A stretch of 64,000 nt of DNA from Chrysomallon squamiferum (lineage: Eukaryota; Animalia; Mollusca): NCBI GenBank assembly GCA_012295275.1, contig CM022677.1:1922001-1986000 (forward strand), written 5' to 3'. A program made the translations under genes and the position numbers. The notes under the pieces are model-generated. The model ran no database searches. It worked only from the letters and a program-made list of their open reading frames with translations, and had not been told where the DNA came from. Of the stretch, positions 38,985 through 54,939 are shown in pieces (the first letter of the stretch is position 1; the number at the start of each line of letters is the position of its first letter).

Positions 38985-41900
38985 GAATGGGCAGAGAAAG
39001 AAATTGTTCACACATTCAACTATAAGAATTAGTACAGCGAAAAGAAAGAACAAAAAATAATAATAATAAAACGGAAAAGGAAAAGGAAAGTAAAAGAAAA
39101 CGGATATATATATATAGCAAATTGATAAACTATAAAACGAAATACATTGTGCTTATATGAATGATTATTATGATGGTGTCAACGACAACATTAATTATTA
39201 TTATGAACAGAAATGTCTGGTCACATCAGGTAAACAAACGAATTTCAAATAGCAATGTACTTATGGCCATTTATATCAATTTACTCCTCGAAAAGACAAC
39301 AAATTTTTCCGTCTCTGACACATCTAAAACGAAACATTGTGTAAGAACATAAGAAAAATAGAGGAACAAGATACAATGGTTTTAAAGTAGAAATAATAAA
39401 AAATACTTTGTAATTTCAGTATGGCTACCTACCTCAAAACTTCTTGATCGATAATTTCTGATAAGCGACTACTTTCTGTTTAACCTCAACTATAGAGTGC
39501 AGGTATAACCGATCTAAAAATAAAATAAAAAATATAGCAAAAGTCTTTAATAAATAATAGGGTAGTAATAATAATAATAAACACATACAAAAGATAAAGA
39601 TATCCTTGTGGACGATGTGATAAATTCACTGTTAATACATTACACACATAAGTGTGGAAAAAGAAAGAAACAAAAGAGGCATTTGTCTACATTATGATAA
39701 GATAAATAATATCAGTAACAATCAAAAATAACAACAACCGAATTACTTCTAATAAACTCAATAAAAAGGAAATAGAAAGTAAATCAGTATATGAGATAAT
39801 ATTATTAAATTCTTCATCCGTAAGATCCATACACCAGAATTGTAAATAGAATTTTGCTGAGAACACATTTTCAAGTCAGGCTTTACGTAACGTTTTTGAT
39901 GTCAACATAAAAGAACACCTCACACTATCATGACCTATTTGTTAGACCTAAAAATAATTAAACTAAGAAGACTCAAATCATTAAAACATAATAGATATAT
40001 AATGTCATCCGCTTTCAATATGGCCGACTTATTTCACTTCACAACAACAACAACAACAACAACAACAATAATGATAATTTAAAAGGAAAAGCGGAAAAAC
40101 AAGAGTAAACTGTTAGTTTATAACTATATCAATGCCAACTACAATTGGTAATTTCTTTGAAATGAGTACTTTCTGTTTAACTTTTCTACTATTCAAAACT
40201 GAGACATAAATAAAGAAACAAAGAAACAAATAAATAAATAAATTGAATTAATTAATTAATTAATTAATTAAATACAATAAAATAATTATGACTACATTAA
40301 TAAATATATAAAATAAAAGGAAATAATCAGATAGATAAAAATCTGGCATAGAGACAACAGCAACAACAATGGAATTAGTTTAACACTACTAATAATAAAA
40401 CGGCTGCGACTCCTATGCTGCTACTACAACTACTGCTATTGAAACTTCTACTATTACATATACTGCTACCATTACAACTACCACTAGTATTACTATTATT
40501 ACTTCTGCCACAAATGTGTATTTATTTATTTATTACGAACAGTATTTATTTTTCTGAGGGAGTACTAGATATAGAAATCAGATGTAACACACACACACAC
40601 ACACATACAGAAACAATAATAATAATAACAACAACAGCATACAGAGGTTATTTTTTTCTTCTAATCTTATCGTGTGCATGTCTTATTTCTCTGGCGATAC
40701 TCACATGACCAGTCTATCACGATACAGCTAACACGTGATCGTTTGTTTCTTATGTAGGTCAGATCAAAACAGTGTATCGCGCGAGAACAAAGATATAGAT
40801 GGGTGTTATTTACAACAATCCGACAAATTCATTGTCAATATGGTGTCTTTGCATAAGTGTATAGATTGAACAGAAAACGTGTGAGGTTATTTAAACGGTG
40901 AGAAGATACATAGTTTCAATAACGACAATAAAGACAAACACAATAACAACAAAATTACTACCAACAAACAGACTCTTAAATTAAAAACAATACAATTCTA
41001 CAAGCTAGTATTATTATTACAGTTTGATTGGCTCGTTCCATACACTTGGTGGTTAGTAACACTACGTTGTCGGACAATATACTTTTCAAGTCAGGGTCTA
41101 CATTATACTTTTTCATGTCTTTTAAAAATCTCGCACTATAATGGTCAGTTTGCTTGTCACATCTACAACTATAACAGCGATAACTTTTTTATGTTTGTCA
41201 TTGTAGATGAAAGCAAATGCAATAACATTTTATACACTGGTTGGAACGGATCATAGACCAATACAAAAGTTAAGTTAAACGAAAGGGAAGAATGAAGAAA
41301 TGACAAAAAGAAGAAACAAATTAAAGAAAGAAGGAAGGATATAATAAATGTTTTAATTAACGACACTGTAAACACATTTTGTTAACTGATTTGTCTGTGT
41401 CAAACTTGCTGTTAAGGACTGCTGAAATAAAATGAGAGTAAATCTGCAATCGCCACATCAAGTCGACTTCTTTCCAATTAACAGGAAGTGCCATTTTATA
41501 TAGACAACTAGATGAACAGAGTAATATGTATCAACCATTGGCTCTCTTTAAGCAATATATATATTTTTTTATTTTTAATTTGTTTAGATTTAATTATTAT
41601 TAACCAGTTTCATATATAAACCAATTACGACTAGAAACTGTGTTGATAATGGCCTTTAGGACACTTTCATTCATAGTAACGTTTTCCACATAGTCTGGTT
41701 CAGTATTAACATACTTACTGACAATACAGATAAAGAGAGCGCTACAGGGTGGACACAAATGATGTAGAAAATACGTCATCGCGGACACAAAGAGGGTTGT
41801 AAGAGTTTGGCAGAAGAGGGTGTTTACTTAGTTGTAATGTTGTTTAAAAACAGGTTTTTCACGTTCACAGATTGATGACTCGTAAAGGATAGTGTTTATT

Positions 41901-42392
41901 CAGGATATTACTTATACAGGATGCTATTTTTACATGAACATTTTTACAGGAATTAGCAATCTTAAAGTTAAATTTAATCTTAAACCGACACTAATACCAA
42001 ACCTGAATTATCTCTAAATACAACAACGTTTCTGACATTACTTACTTGAATCATAACTCTACATCTGTCCATCTGAACCAGTGATAAACATCATCATAAT
42101 TTTATCTCAAAGTGTATTATTATCCTAATACCACACGAACTATCACCCTAACCTTAATGTTAACCTACATCAAACAAACAAACAAACAAACAAACAAAAT
42201 AAAATGAACCTATACATCCCCGTTAAGAATATATAATTTCTGGAACCGATTTTCAAATCCTGATAAAAATAATTCTATTCAGACAGACACACACAATCGG
42301 GCGCACTCATCCATTCATAGACAATTAGACAGACAGACAGACAGACATCCATTCATAGACAATTACACACAGACAGACAGACAGACAGACAA

Positions 42393-42499
<107 letters not shown>

Positions 42500-42582
42500 C
42501 AATAATGCTCCCTACCTTTAAGAACTTCCTGGTGAGATTTTCTGTTTGACGGTTTTTCTATAGATCACTGAAGTGAGGAATC

Positions 42583-42613
<31 letters not shown>

Positions 42614-43780
42614 AAATCATATTACATGTTCTGTATTGCTGATTTAATTTAACCAAATAATAGCACGGTATGTATTAAATCACAATGAAATGCAAACTAC
42701 CTTCAAATCTCAAAACTGTCTGTTTACACAAAATACTTCCTTGTTTGTGAGTGGTTTTACTGGAGCTGACAACACGTCACTGAAATAATTTCTGTCTCTC
42801 GCTGTTAATAAACATGTCTGTTAATAACCACGTGATGTCCTACAACTCGAAATGCGAGTGACGGTAGATGCATGCACATGTTTTGTGACGTATACTTTGT
42901 GAAGCGTTTGCACATTCCTAGTGCTTGTAATATAAATATTATAGTAAGAAACACCCTTAATATTATAATGGCAAAAATAAAATAGAAAAATAAAATAAAA
43001 CTGACATACTTATATTTCATACAAATAATTTGGCCCAAACAGTTCAGTTTTCTTCATGTCCAGTTGTTTCATTATTTATCTTGCAAGGATATTCTTATCC
43101 ATGTAATAACATGTTCAGAATATCTTAGAATCCATTTAAGGTTAGTTGTTGGTGTTTGCATTTTCATTTAGCTGCTTGGCAATTAACAACTTTAAATAGA
43201 TTATGCTATCTTTTATTATTATTTATTTTACAATATCATGAGTATGTAGAAAGTTTATCATCATTTATCAAAATTAATATTTTATACAAATTTGTCTGTC
43301 GACTCAACTGCTGTAGATCACTGCTATCACCGATCTAAGAATAAATGAATACAAATTAAATTAAAATAAAACAAAATGAAATAAAGTAAGCAATAAACAG
43401 CAAAAGAAGTCAATAAAAAAGTGAGGACTCTACTAAGGTAGTATTAGTAATAGTAGTACCAGTATTAAAGATATTACTACAACTACTACTATTACTATCA
43501 GTAATAATAGTACCATACTGAAGTAAGTATATAGGTAGCCTTGTTTGATTTCAGTTTAAAAAACCTCACACTTAAATAATCTATTTGTTAGAGAAGAAAC
43601 TCTGATATATTTAGTAATAAATTAAGAACACTGGAATAGTTAAAACATAATAAAATAAAAATATCATAGACTTTCAATATGGCCGAATTGTTTTATATCT
43701 GCTTTGTGTACTTTTGGTTATAAAAATCGTCCACTGATAAACACGAGAGTGACGTCAGATATTTTACACGTCATCAAGTG

Positions 43781-44002
43781 CAGTGGTGTGCAGAGGTGAG
43801 GGCCAAAGGGGCTCTGGCACCGGGCATCCAGATTTATATTTAAATCGAATAAAGTGTTTATTTTATGTTTCATCTGTGTTTACGTATTCAAAATATCTTC
43901 CTTTCTCATACTATTCCTCAGTACTAGGCCTTGTACTTGAATATTTGGGAATTACAATCAAGGAGTTGGCCCCGGGCTTCACCAGACCTCCACACGACAC
44001 TG
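43781..44002. mobile_element. hAT-type MITE, 222 bp
   Basis: Imperfect TIRs CAGTGGTGTGCAGAGGT / ACCTCCACACGACACTG; perfect 8-bp TSD ATCAAGTG at 43773-43780 and 44003-44010. Confidence 0.88.
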
Positions 44003-44854
44003 ATCAAGTGTCACGTTGTTAGGTTTCAATATCAGTTTAATATAAAGAAATCGTGCTACGAGATATATGTATACATCTTACATAAATCTTCTTTAAAACA
44101 GATTAAAACAATTGATTAGATTAAGTACTACTAGATTGCATTGTTTATACGTAAGTTACAAAATCTGTATAATAATAATAATAATAATAGAAACAAGAGC
44201 AACATCAACAATAAGAAGAAGAAATATATTTTACAGTGCACTAAATATGTGTACATTTTTATTTCTCTGACGATGCTTGCATGACCAGTATATCAAGTTA
44301 AGGTAACACGTGACGTTTGTTTCTGATGTAGCTAAGATAAAAACACAAAGTCATTGCTATATGAGAAACACAAAGGTATACTTGGGTGTTATTTACAACG
44401 ATCTGACAAATTTATTGTTAACAAACTATCTGCCCATAAGTGTGGAAATGAACCCTTGAAAATAGGAAATTATTTACATTTGTCATTATTTCAATAAAGA
44501 AAATGTAGACAACCCAATTTTTTTTCCAATAAACAGAACAAACTAACAAACTCGTAAATAGAAAATAATACTTTTATATGAGATAATATTATCACATCTT
44601 CTATTGGCACGTACCATATCTTTGAAAAGCCTCATGCTGTAATACTGTTTATATGTATATATCAATAATAATAATAGTAATAGTAATAATAATAATAAAT
44701 TAAATTAAATTAAATTAACACAATATAAAATACATTGTAGTTTCAAAACAGATACTTACTTATCGATAAATAAATAAATAAATAAATAAAATGACACAAA
44801 GTAAAATGAAGTAATCAGATACAGTATAAACTATAAACGATACATTGAACTCTA

Positions 44855-45198
44855 CAGATACCGGACCAATTATCTGTAGTCCTGAAATCACAAAAGACCA
44901 GAAAACCGGAACTATTTCCCGATGCAATTTTCATACTTTGCACGCGCGGGTTTTGTCCTCACCAGACCGTAACTGCTCTTTCAAGCCGCATGCTGTTCAG
45001 TCACTCGCCGCATTGTTTACGTGTCGAGTAGCCACAGTTGTGTGTCGTCAATTTTCTTTATTTCTTTTTTTTTAATTTTAAAAGGTTTATACCTAGTATA
45101 TTTACGAATTTAGGCGCCTTGGCACGAGAAAACCGGAAAATCCAGAAATTCGGAATGCCTCAGGCCCCAAGGAGTCCCGATAATTGATCCAGTACCTG
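44855..45198. mobile_element. Tc1/mariner-pogo-type MITE
   Basis: TIRs CAGATACCGGACCAATTATC / GATAATTGATCCAGTACCTG flanked by TA on both sides; related fragment at ~60190-60255. Confidence 0.82.
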
Positions 45199-47851
45199 TA
45201 TTTAGGTGATAGTATTACAACTACTGCTACTGCAACTGCTACTACTACTACTACTAGAATAACAATTATTATTATAATGACTATACCATTATTATTTTTA
45301 TTTCTTCTTATTATTTGTTTTATTTATTATTATTGTTGTTGGTGTTGTTATTAATATTGTTTGATATTTCTCATACACCATTGTGTTAGGTATACAAAAT
45401 TTAAAAAAAGACGCGTTTAAGAAAATTCACACAAAAAATGTATAGCCTTGACAAAATAGATTACAAATTCAATGTGTGTGATCTGATTGAAGCAAAGTAA
45501 TAATAGTACAGCATATGTTAAATTACAATAAAATACAAAATACCTTCAAATTTCAAAATGGCCGTCTGCCTAAGAAAGTACGTCCTTGCTTGGTCAGTGT
45601 TTTCCTGGAACTGACAACGTCCAGTTTGACAGGTCACTGAAATATCTTCTGTGTATCGCTGTTTACAAAGTCGTCTGCTCATAAACACATGACTGAAATC
45701 AGATGTCGTACAGGTCAGGTCACCTTTAGCGATAAATACATGCAAATATTTATTACATACAATGTGTGCCGTGTAATGTAACGTGTGTTTCAAACCTGTT
45801 AAATATATATATTACTTATTTTGTCTGTAAAATATTTATCTTTAAACAGGTCGCTAAAAAGTGTCTGTTATGCAGGTCAGATAAAAATAGTGTGCTAATA
45901 GTACTGGTGACAAGAAACGTTATACTACGATCGTGAAAAATGCAATGTAATGGTTAATCAGAAAATATGGAACACTCTTTTACTTGTACATGTTTTGAGT
46001 CAAAGCGACCAAAACGCAGATGTGACAAAAACCACATTTGTTATTTCTTTTGTGTGTGTGTGTGTATGTGTGTGTTATAATATAATATATATATATAGGG
46101 CCTGAATATAAATCTAAAAAAAAAAAAAAAAAAAATAATAATCATTGTTCAAATATTAACTCTTCTACTCATCACTTGTAGAAATAATTTTTATTTTTAA
46201 TTTGTGTTTATTTTTATTTTTTTTAAATTATTTATTTGTATTTGTTTTCTTTCTTTCTTTATTTTCTTTTCTTTTAATTCACCACATAAAATACAGTATA
46301 AAATAATACAACTATGACGGTAAACTGTTTTTTTTACTTCACGCAGTAGAGACCTTAGCTATACCCTAATAGGATCCTCAATCAAGCTGTGGAAAGATTT
46401 CTCAGCGATATTTAGATGTACTGTCTTCTGTGGTGTTTAAGTTAGAAAATTGGTCCCAACTGATTTATTAAACCACGGATTGCAATTTAATTTATACCTT
46501 CTTGTAGAATCCGCTGGTAGCTATTTCTTTTTTTTTTCACTTATTATAATATTTTATATTGTTGTACCATTAAGATACTGTTTTTGATAATATCGGTAAC
46601 ATAATGATTATTTACTTAAATAGCTTCCTTTAATACAGTCTAAGATATCATAACTAAACTGTATGTATCGTTAAAGTAAGTGAATATGTTGCCCATTCAT
46701 TTCTACAAAAATTCCTAACAGTATATATTAATCAAATATGTATTGTTAGTTAACAGTAATCCAATTAATGAAATCTTTTAACAATTAACTATCATTAGCG
46801 AGAGACAAAAGGAATTTTTCTCGGCTCCGCCATTGATACGCATTAAGTTTATTTAAGTAAGAGACAAAAGAGCCTGGGGGGGGATCAAAGAAAAGACAAA
46901 GACACACAGATCGCGTGGGACGGTGGAGTTCGCGGCCATTATTAGACAACTGTGTTGGAAACTAGATTTTTAGTTATCCTTGTTTAAGTCGGAGGCAGGG
47001 ATAAATGGTTACCCTGTTTCTGTATGCTAATCCATTTTAATATAAAAAACAACTGAAGTAAATTAATGTGCTAAATAGATAACTTTCTACAATATCAATA
47101 ATATCAATAATAATAATAATAAATGTTCTAGACATTCCTAGTAGTAAAAGTTTGTCAAATAAATTCAAATATGTGTTACTGTAAGAAACATACAAATGTA
47201 CATAAACAGAAAAATAATTTAAAACTGCATATTTTTGCATTTTCTGTCGCTAAATTGTTATGATATATTTACAGAATGTCTGAAGTTGTTTACATAATCA
47301 AAAGATATGCATTAAATCTTTACTAGACATATTACAAAATTAAAATTTCTCTGAACCTTTTGTACCATATAATACCAATTAGTTATTTGTTGTTAAGATA
47401 AATAACAAGATCTCGTACTGAAAATATCTAAGACGAGTGTGTGTAGTTACCTTGAGTGGAAGAAGATAACACCTAGATATAACACGTATACCTAACACAT
47501 TTATTTCAACAGGGATTCGTGCATAGCAACGATTTTGTTTTGCTATAGACTGACTGAAAAAAAAAAATGAGTGAAGCCCTAGATTGTAAATGATCACTTA
47601 AAAGAGAGATACTGTCTTGCTTTAAACACACTTGTAACCAACGATATTTTAGCGCATTACAACTATAACAAGTATTTTTCTGACTGTGAGTCACACAAGA
47701 TACATTATGAACACAAAGCATTGTTGGCTAAAATATCACCTATTACTACAAACAAGAATGATTATTATTAAGTACTAATGCTATAATAACCACACTACTA
47801 CAACAATGAGTTTACTACTACTACTGCTGTTACTGTAAGAACAATGACAAC

Positions 47852-49952
47852 CTCTGCAGATGCTTCTGTTCCTGCCAGGCTAGTACAGATTCTTTGATGA
47901 CATTTCTCTCCTGTGGTGAGCTCACAGAATTACCTCTTCTTGTGTTCTGAGCAGTTTCTGAAAAACAAGTTTTTATTTATTTACCTTTGTAGATATACAA
48001 AATATTTTTCTTTCTGACAGATACATATATTAATGACTAATGTTTTATCCAGATAATTTTTTTTTTTTTTAAATTAATAAATTATAAATATACAAAATTT
48101 TTAGAATCATCAAATTATAGTAAAATCTAAGACATGGCAAAATTAATTATTAAACTTTCAAATAAAAACACAATAAAGTGTACTGCATTCTGGGAGTGGA
48201 AAACAAAACAAGAAATGGTTTTCATTACTCTTACTACAAATATAAACTAACAAAAAATGAAACAATGCAAATGGAAATAAGGAAACATGGAAGTAAACTA
48301 AGTTATCCTGCTATTTGTATACACAATTAATTTACTTGTTTTTGTAGACTATCCTTGCACTGATCTGTTTTTCTTACTCTGTATTGAGAATATTTTACCA
48401 ACACCAAAACTGAGAAGAATGTAAGTAGACTGTTAAACAGAAAAGTTAATGTGTGTGTTTTTCATACCAGGTTTTTGAGAAACCTCTCTGTCTGTCTGCT
48501 GTCTGTGTGTGTCCTGATGTTTAGGTAACAACACCTATCTGTTTTGTGGTATGTTCCTGAAAAAGCAAAATAAAAAAATTATTTAATTTTTTATTTCCTT
48601 TATTAATAACATTATACTATTATATATATATCAACGCCATTTGCAGATACAAATGAATGTTTGTTAACAAAAATATATTTAAGCTATTTTATTTCAAATG
48701 TGCATGCATGCTTACAGACATATTGATTAACACATACAGTGTGAGGTAATGAATAATTAAAGATAAGTATTTTTTAATATAGTCTAAATTCTGAATTAAA
48801 AAAATAAACAGTATCTTTTGAATATATATCATTATAACCTGATTATTGATAAATATAAATTCTGCTAAAATAGAAGAAATCTAAAATAAACAAGAACTAT
48901 TTTATTTAAGAACTATACATCGCACATTTTTTACTAGTTCTTGTATTTTAAAAAGTGAACAAAGCATCTAAAATTTTGTTTAATATTAACTTTCTTTAGA
49001 GAGAGAGAGAGAGAGATTTCCTATACAATTTGTGATTTTGTTGATCGTGAAATATAAAATTAAAAAAAACAATAACAACACATCTCTCTAAACTATATGT
49101 GAACATTCATAAATTTAATATATCTAAATTTTAAAGTGTCCTCAGTGTCTGATGGAAGTTCAATGGATGTGTTAAAAGTTGCAATTTGTCTGAAAGTTTA
49201 AACATTTCTTGTTCAAAATGCTGAATGTAAAATCAGAGGTCTCATTACATTATATGATAAATTATACAAAATATGCAGCCCAGATTTCATTCTGCATCTG
49301 CCTCTGTTCTCTGTCTTGCCATTCCTTCATCCTCTCTCCTCATACATTCCTACATTTACATATTTAACTGCAATCATCATAATACTTCTCCTTCTTAGTG
49401 ATCAAAGTAGAAGGACGAATGTCTTTAAATACACCTCAGCTTTAACTGAAATCTAATTTACCATATATTATCAAAAAAACCAGAGCCAAATAAACTCATT
49501 TTAATTAGAAAAATGATTTCCTATTTTAATATTTAACAAGATACTATATAAAAAAATCCATTAAAATTAATAAATAAAAACAACAACATACCTAACAGCT
49601 TGAACAGCATGTTCTACTGAAACAAATCTGTGGCATACACCAACATCAGCACATGAGTTAGAGCTGTACATGCATACCTAAAAAAGTAAAAAACAATAAT
49701 AGTTAGAAATAAATAACTAATACTTCTGACATTCTTTGTTATTATTAAATTATGTTACCAAGCAATGCAACAAAACAACAGAAAATAACTGAATATTATT
49801 ACACTATTTTATAATTAATTAAGAACTATTACAAAACTTATTTTTCTGTTGACAACACAAAAATAAAATAAATTAAACTCACAACTGAGAATGGTTTCTG
49901 TAACAGCTGATTCATCCTACTCCATGATGTAAATTCACTTTGTAGACAGCAC
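47852..49952 (-). pseudogene. CAMSAP/Patronin pseudogene fragment, copy 2
   Basis: Same exons and the same two stops in the first exon; lacks the DICLK exon and part of the WLNKV exon; carries one extra downstream exon 47852-47957 (RRGNSVSS..SVLAWQEQK). Confidence 0.8.
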
Positions 49953-50168
49953 CTGAACAATACTGCAGTGAGATACGTAAAATATTTAACATCAATATTA
50001 AATATAAAATTTAGTAATTTTTATAACAAAATGCATTTATCTGACATATATATATAATATATCAATCAACATTCGTCAGATAAATGCATTTTTCTCTGCT
50101 TATTATCATTTGTGGATAATTTTATTATTTTATTTACATATGAAATTGCCCAAGACACAAAGACACAC

Positions 50169-50230
<62 letters not shown>

Positions 50231-51329
50231 GACAATACTGAATATGGTGAATACCTCTATCTTTCTCTCTCTTCTCTCACACATACATCTTTATCTCATT
50301 CCAGGGCTAAGAATGTGCTCGAATCTCCAAATAGGATTTGCACCAACATAAAACATCCACATCTGTTTGGATTCACGTGAAATATTTCCAAAATTCTATT
50401 GAACTGAATAATCAACGAGTAAAACATTACCAAATTAAAAACAAAACTAGTCTGGTTAACAAGCATCAGTTTAAAGTGGTTTCAAAAGCGTAGCATACAT
50501 TCTAATGCGTGTTTGTTGCAAACATCGTGGTTTATCGAGACTAGTCTGGTGTGAAGTCAAGTGGTGGTTGTCCCATTTCTATGAACAAAAAACTGCCAAC
50601 AAAGAAACCAAAAGTAACAAGTTTGTTCATTCTTACACAGTAACATGATTATAGTAACTCAATGTGCCAAATTTACTATTATATCAGACATTACTATGTT
50701 ACTTCATTGATATTATTTTCCTTACCATAAATTTCCTGGTCTTTTCAATCCATAATTCTTTTTTTGTTTGCTTGTTGCAGAAATGTGCTTTGGTAACATC
50801 CACACAAACATCGAATCACTGCGCAAACACGTACTGCATGCACTGTTTACAAATCTTCTAAATGTGACCTGGTAAGACTTAAAAGAAAACAAACTGTAAA
50901 GATGAAATGGAAAAAATTCAACTGAAAAAAAAAACAGTAAAAGAACAGTTTTAAATTCCTGGTCTAAAGAAATAAATAAAATGTATCAGTTTGTTTTTCA
51001 CAGAACCAGTCAGAACATAATGCATGCCACGTGCAAAGTTTATCAAATGCACTTTTAATCTACCAATAAATTGTACAGGGGAAAACTGTTCCAGATATGA
51101 AAGCTTATGTAGAGTATCAAATTAACTATATATTTAAACCTAATCTTGAATGTCACATGACATTAGCAGGTCATATTAAATGTTTAGAAATTAAAACCAG
51201 TGAACCGGTCTCTAAAAGACAAAAAAACATTGATATACGTGTTTGGTTCTGCCAGAGACCAAGCTATAAAAACTGCAGCCAGCCATAGGATGCAGTCTGT
51301 ATATTGGCTGGAAATAAAAACCATGTAGC

Positions 51330-51550
51330 TAAAACTAAGAAAGACTGCTTTCCACTACCTAGAACAGATGTCATTAAATGCTTTGTATGGAGCACAATGG
51401 TTTACTATACTGGATATGGTCAGTGAATACAACCAGGTTGGGGATAAAGACAAAGACAAAACTGCACTGATCTCTCCAATGGGTTTGTTTGAATACAAGT
51501 GAATGCCTTTTGGTTTATCAGGAGCCCCAGCCACATTTCAAAGACTCATG
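51330..51550 (+). mobile_element. Ty3/Gypsy RT fragment, copy 2
   Basis: Same MPFGLSGAPATFQRLM block as 23100-23320. Confidence 0.9.
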
Positions 51551-51689
51551 CTTTATAAACTGTAACAGAACCATATCAAACCCTTTTTAATAGATACATT
51601 TGTATAACGAGTAATGATAGAAAGAAAAGGAATATATCCAGTGATGATGAGGTTGATGCCATACCACCTAATAAGTATTCAAAAAGTAT

Positions 51690-52232
51690 TCAAAAGTGAG
51701 CAGAGGTAAAAAAGTTTGGCATCATTTGCTCTACTGCCCAGAGGTGGAGTGGCCAGTCTGCCTCTCGTTCCGCCCGCACGAAGACATCATGATGAAGATG
51801 GGTTGATGACTGTGACAATGTTGTTGAAAGTGACTTGTTTGAGGACTGAGTCAAATCAGTAATGGCAACATGCCTCAGCATAAGTAAAGGGGATGTTCTG
51901 TAATGACTCGGATATGCACTGAAGTTGATTTTTGCATATTTTGCAGAAAATATTGGTGTGATCAATACTGTAAAGGTTTAATCTGATTCTTTACCCCTAA
52001 AAACGTGTATAGACACCAAAATTATTTTGATACCATGTGTAGTTACTGAGATATTGACGAAAACAATATTTTCAGTAATGGCGGCCTTAATTTGCATATT
52101 GTGCGGGTTGCCCAAGGATGACAGAGTGGCATCATTCAGATTGTTAAAGAGCACATCTCGGAGGTATAGAAACAGCAACAAAACTTTGTACAGTCCGCAC
52201 TGCACACTTATCAGTCCCTGCCACCAGACTTC
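51690..52232. mobile_element. Academ-like remnant, copy 2
   Basis: ORF 51690..51965(-) contains FVRAEREADWPLHLWAVEQMMPNFF. Confidence 0.55.
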
Positions 52233-52369
52233 TTTACAGCAAAACTTTACCCACCACATCTTGTTTGTTTGACAAAATGCTGATCTGTTTAACACTATTG
52301 AAGAACCTGTAACAGCTACGACAGACCCTGTTGTTGATACCCTATACCGAAGCATTACAATTTATTTAA

Positions 52370-53150
52370 CTACGAAGTGAAGTTAGAACCAAGAGGGAAG
52401 CAATTAACTTTTGTCAAAATTTAAAACTTCTACCAAAAATTGTGAGATGCCAAACTGTAAATGTGTGATTTGAACAAATTAACATCAGTGAAATGGAATG
52501 ATTGCAATTACTCACATTATCAATTTCAGTTTAATAAAAACATTTGTAAAGACAAAAGTAAAAAATCATAATTAGTTCAATAAACAGATTTGTAAACCCA
52601 AATGTAAAAATCAGGTGCCTTTAAGAAAAGGTACATGGTTTGAGGCGTCAAACCTATCCAAAAGAAGAAGTTTGTTAAGTATGTAGTTTTTCAAGACAAT
52701 ATCCAACAGAAATTGCTCAAACAGAAACCACCATTCCCAAAGATGGAATCAAAGGAGAGAAAGAAACTTCATCTCAAACTATTTCTGACTGTTACAACTA
52801 TGTTGTGAAATTTGAGTTGAGTGGGAAAAAACGTAAGAGGTGGAAAAGGTTGTCCTGTTGAAACAGACGAAGCAAAGTTTGACACAATTTGGGGGAATTC
52901 GTCATGAAACAAGATATTTTTTCTTAATTATTACAATTTGTTATATTATAATTATATGCTTATTCATCAGATCCAACAACCAAGGCATGTACCAACTTAA
53001 CTGAAAACAGGGGTGTGTGATAGGAGATAACTACCAAGTACTCATTGCACACAAGGAAATTTTGGCCTTCATCTTGCAGAATACATGAGGAGGAATAAAT
53101 AAAAGAAGCAGGAAGTATTCAGTGAACTGTCACAAATCATCAGTCTGGAG
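52370..53150 (+). mobile_element. Merlin transposase remnant, copy 2; third partial copy at ~54380-54730
   Basis: LRKGTWFEASNLS, VETDEAKF, LAEYMRR. Confidence 0.8.
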
Positions 53151-53884
53151 TATATTTGTTAATGATGACTATCTTTTGAAATGTATTATTTTGTATGATA
53201 ACTAAAATGGCTGACATAACATTATACGTATTATTGCTTGAAATGTTGAAGAATTGTTTCCTTCTATCTGCTGTATTTAACCACTTAATTTTAGTGTGTA
53301 TAAAAGGTTTAAAAATTATAATTAAAAAAAAAATATATTTAGGACGGGATGTGGATAGATATATTTTTAAACTATGTCAACTCATCTACAGGACAGGTGA
53401 GATGACTGTAAAGTGAGTCCAGGAACTCAGACATTCCACTGTGTAAAACCAGTGAGCTCTGTGTCTGTGGCATGTGACAAGAATTCGCAGTTTGCTGACG
53501 CTCTACCAGTCCTTATTCATTTTAACTATGTGAGAGATGTCGCAGAACTGTCTGCTGAATCAGCAACTAAACCAAGTAAGAAAAGTGCATCTGATCAAGC
53601 TTTGTCCTGCTACAATATATATCTAGGAAATCTAAAAACAAAATAAAAAAATTCTTCGGCAAATAATCTCCAAAGATAGATTTCAAATTGAAGTAACATT
53701 CCTACATACAAAAGATGTTAAGTTCATTGTTTGCTTTTCCAGTTACAGGAGATAGAGCTTGGGTTGAAGAAAACCAAATCAACAGTATGGTTGAAATTCC
53801 TACAATGGAAAATTGCTATCAGTGTGTATTCCAACAAGGTCTATCAGAATGAATGGGGAAAAAAAAAATTTGATAGAATAACTC

Positions 53885-54365
53885 TTTTAAATCTTTGACT
53901 AGAAAGTTAGATATAATGTATGATAAACTGGAAAAATTAGACATGATCGAAAAACAACTGAATGGTATGGAAATAACTGTACAAGATATAGTGGTAAAAT
54001 GATTGATATTAAGAAAAAAGTACAAGATATGGAAAGGGTATGAATTACATTCACTGTCAGTTTGAAAGAAATAAAACAATCTTGAATATTTGAAATCTGT
54101 TGTCTTAGATATGAACAGTTCTACTCGTGAAATGAGAGATAATAATACCAGTATGAAACAACAAATATGTGAAGTAGAAACTGAGTTTCGAATCTTAAGA
54201 GATAAACACAATGACCTACAAGCTCAGTTCATCACGACAATGTATGATATCAGAAGAAGACGAAGGACACACTGACAAGGAGTTGAAAAGTTTTATAAGT
54301 GGATCGACTGGGGAAGATGTATATATAAGGCCTGTTGTTGCCAAGTTCATTTTATATAAATTGTG
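53885..54365 (+). mobile_element. LINE ORF1-like remnant, copy 2
   Basis: Coiled coil, DLQA, ELKSFI, RPVVAKF. Confidence 0.6.
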
Positions 54366-54939
54366 AGAAGTTACAACTACTGTTGTGAAATTTGAGTTGA
54401 GTGGGAAAAAACGTAAGAGGTGGAAAAGGTTGTCCTGTTGAAACAGACGAAGCAAAGTTTGACACAATTTGGGGGAATTCGTCATGAAACAAGATATTTT
54501 TTCTGAATTATTACAATTTGTTATATTATAATTATATGCTTATTCATCAGATCCAACAACCAAGGCATGTACCAACTTAACTGAAAACAGGGGTGTGTGA
54601 TAGGAGATAACTACCAAGTACTCATTGCACACAAGGAAATATTGGCCTTCATCTTGCAGAATACATGAGGAGGAATAAATAAAAGAAGCAGGAAGTATTC
54701 AGTGAACTGTCACAAATCATCAGTCTGGAGTGTATTTGTTAATGATGACTATCTTTTGAAATGTATTATTTTGTATGATAACTAAAATGGCTGACATAAT
54801 ATTATACGTATTACATTATACAAATAGAGCTTGGGTTGAAGAAAACAAAATCAACAGTATGGTTGAAATTCCTACAATGGAAAATTGCTATCAGTGTATA
54901 TTTCAACAAGGTCTATCAGAATGAATGGGAAAAAAAAAA

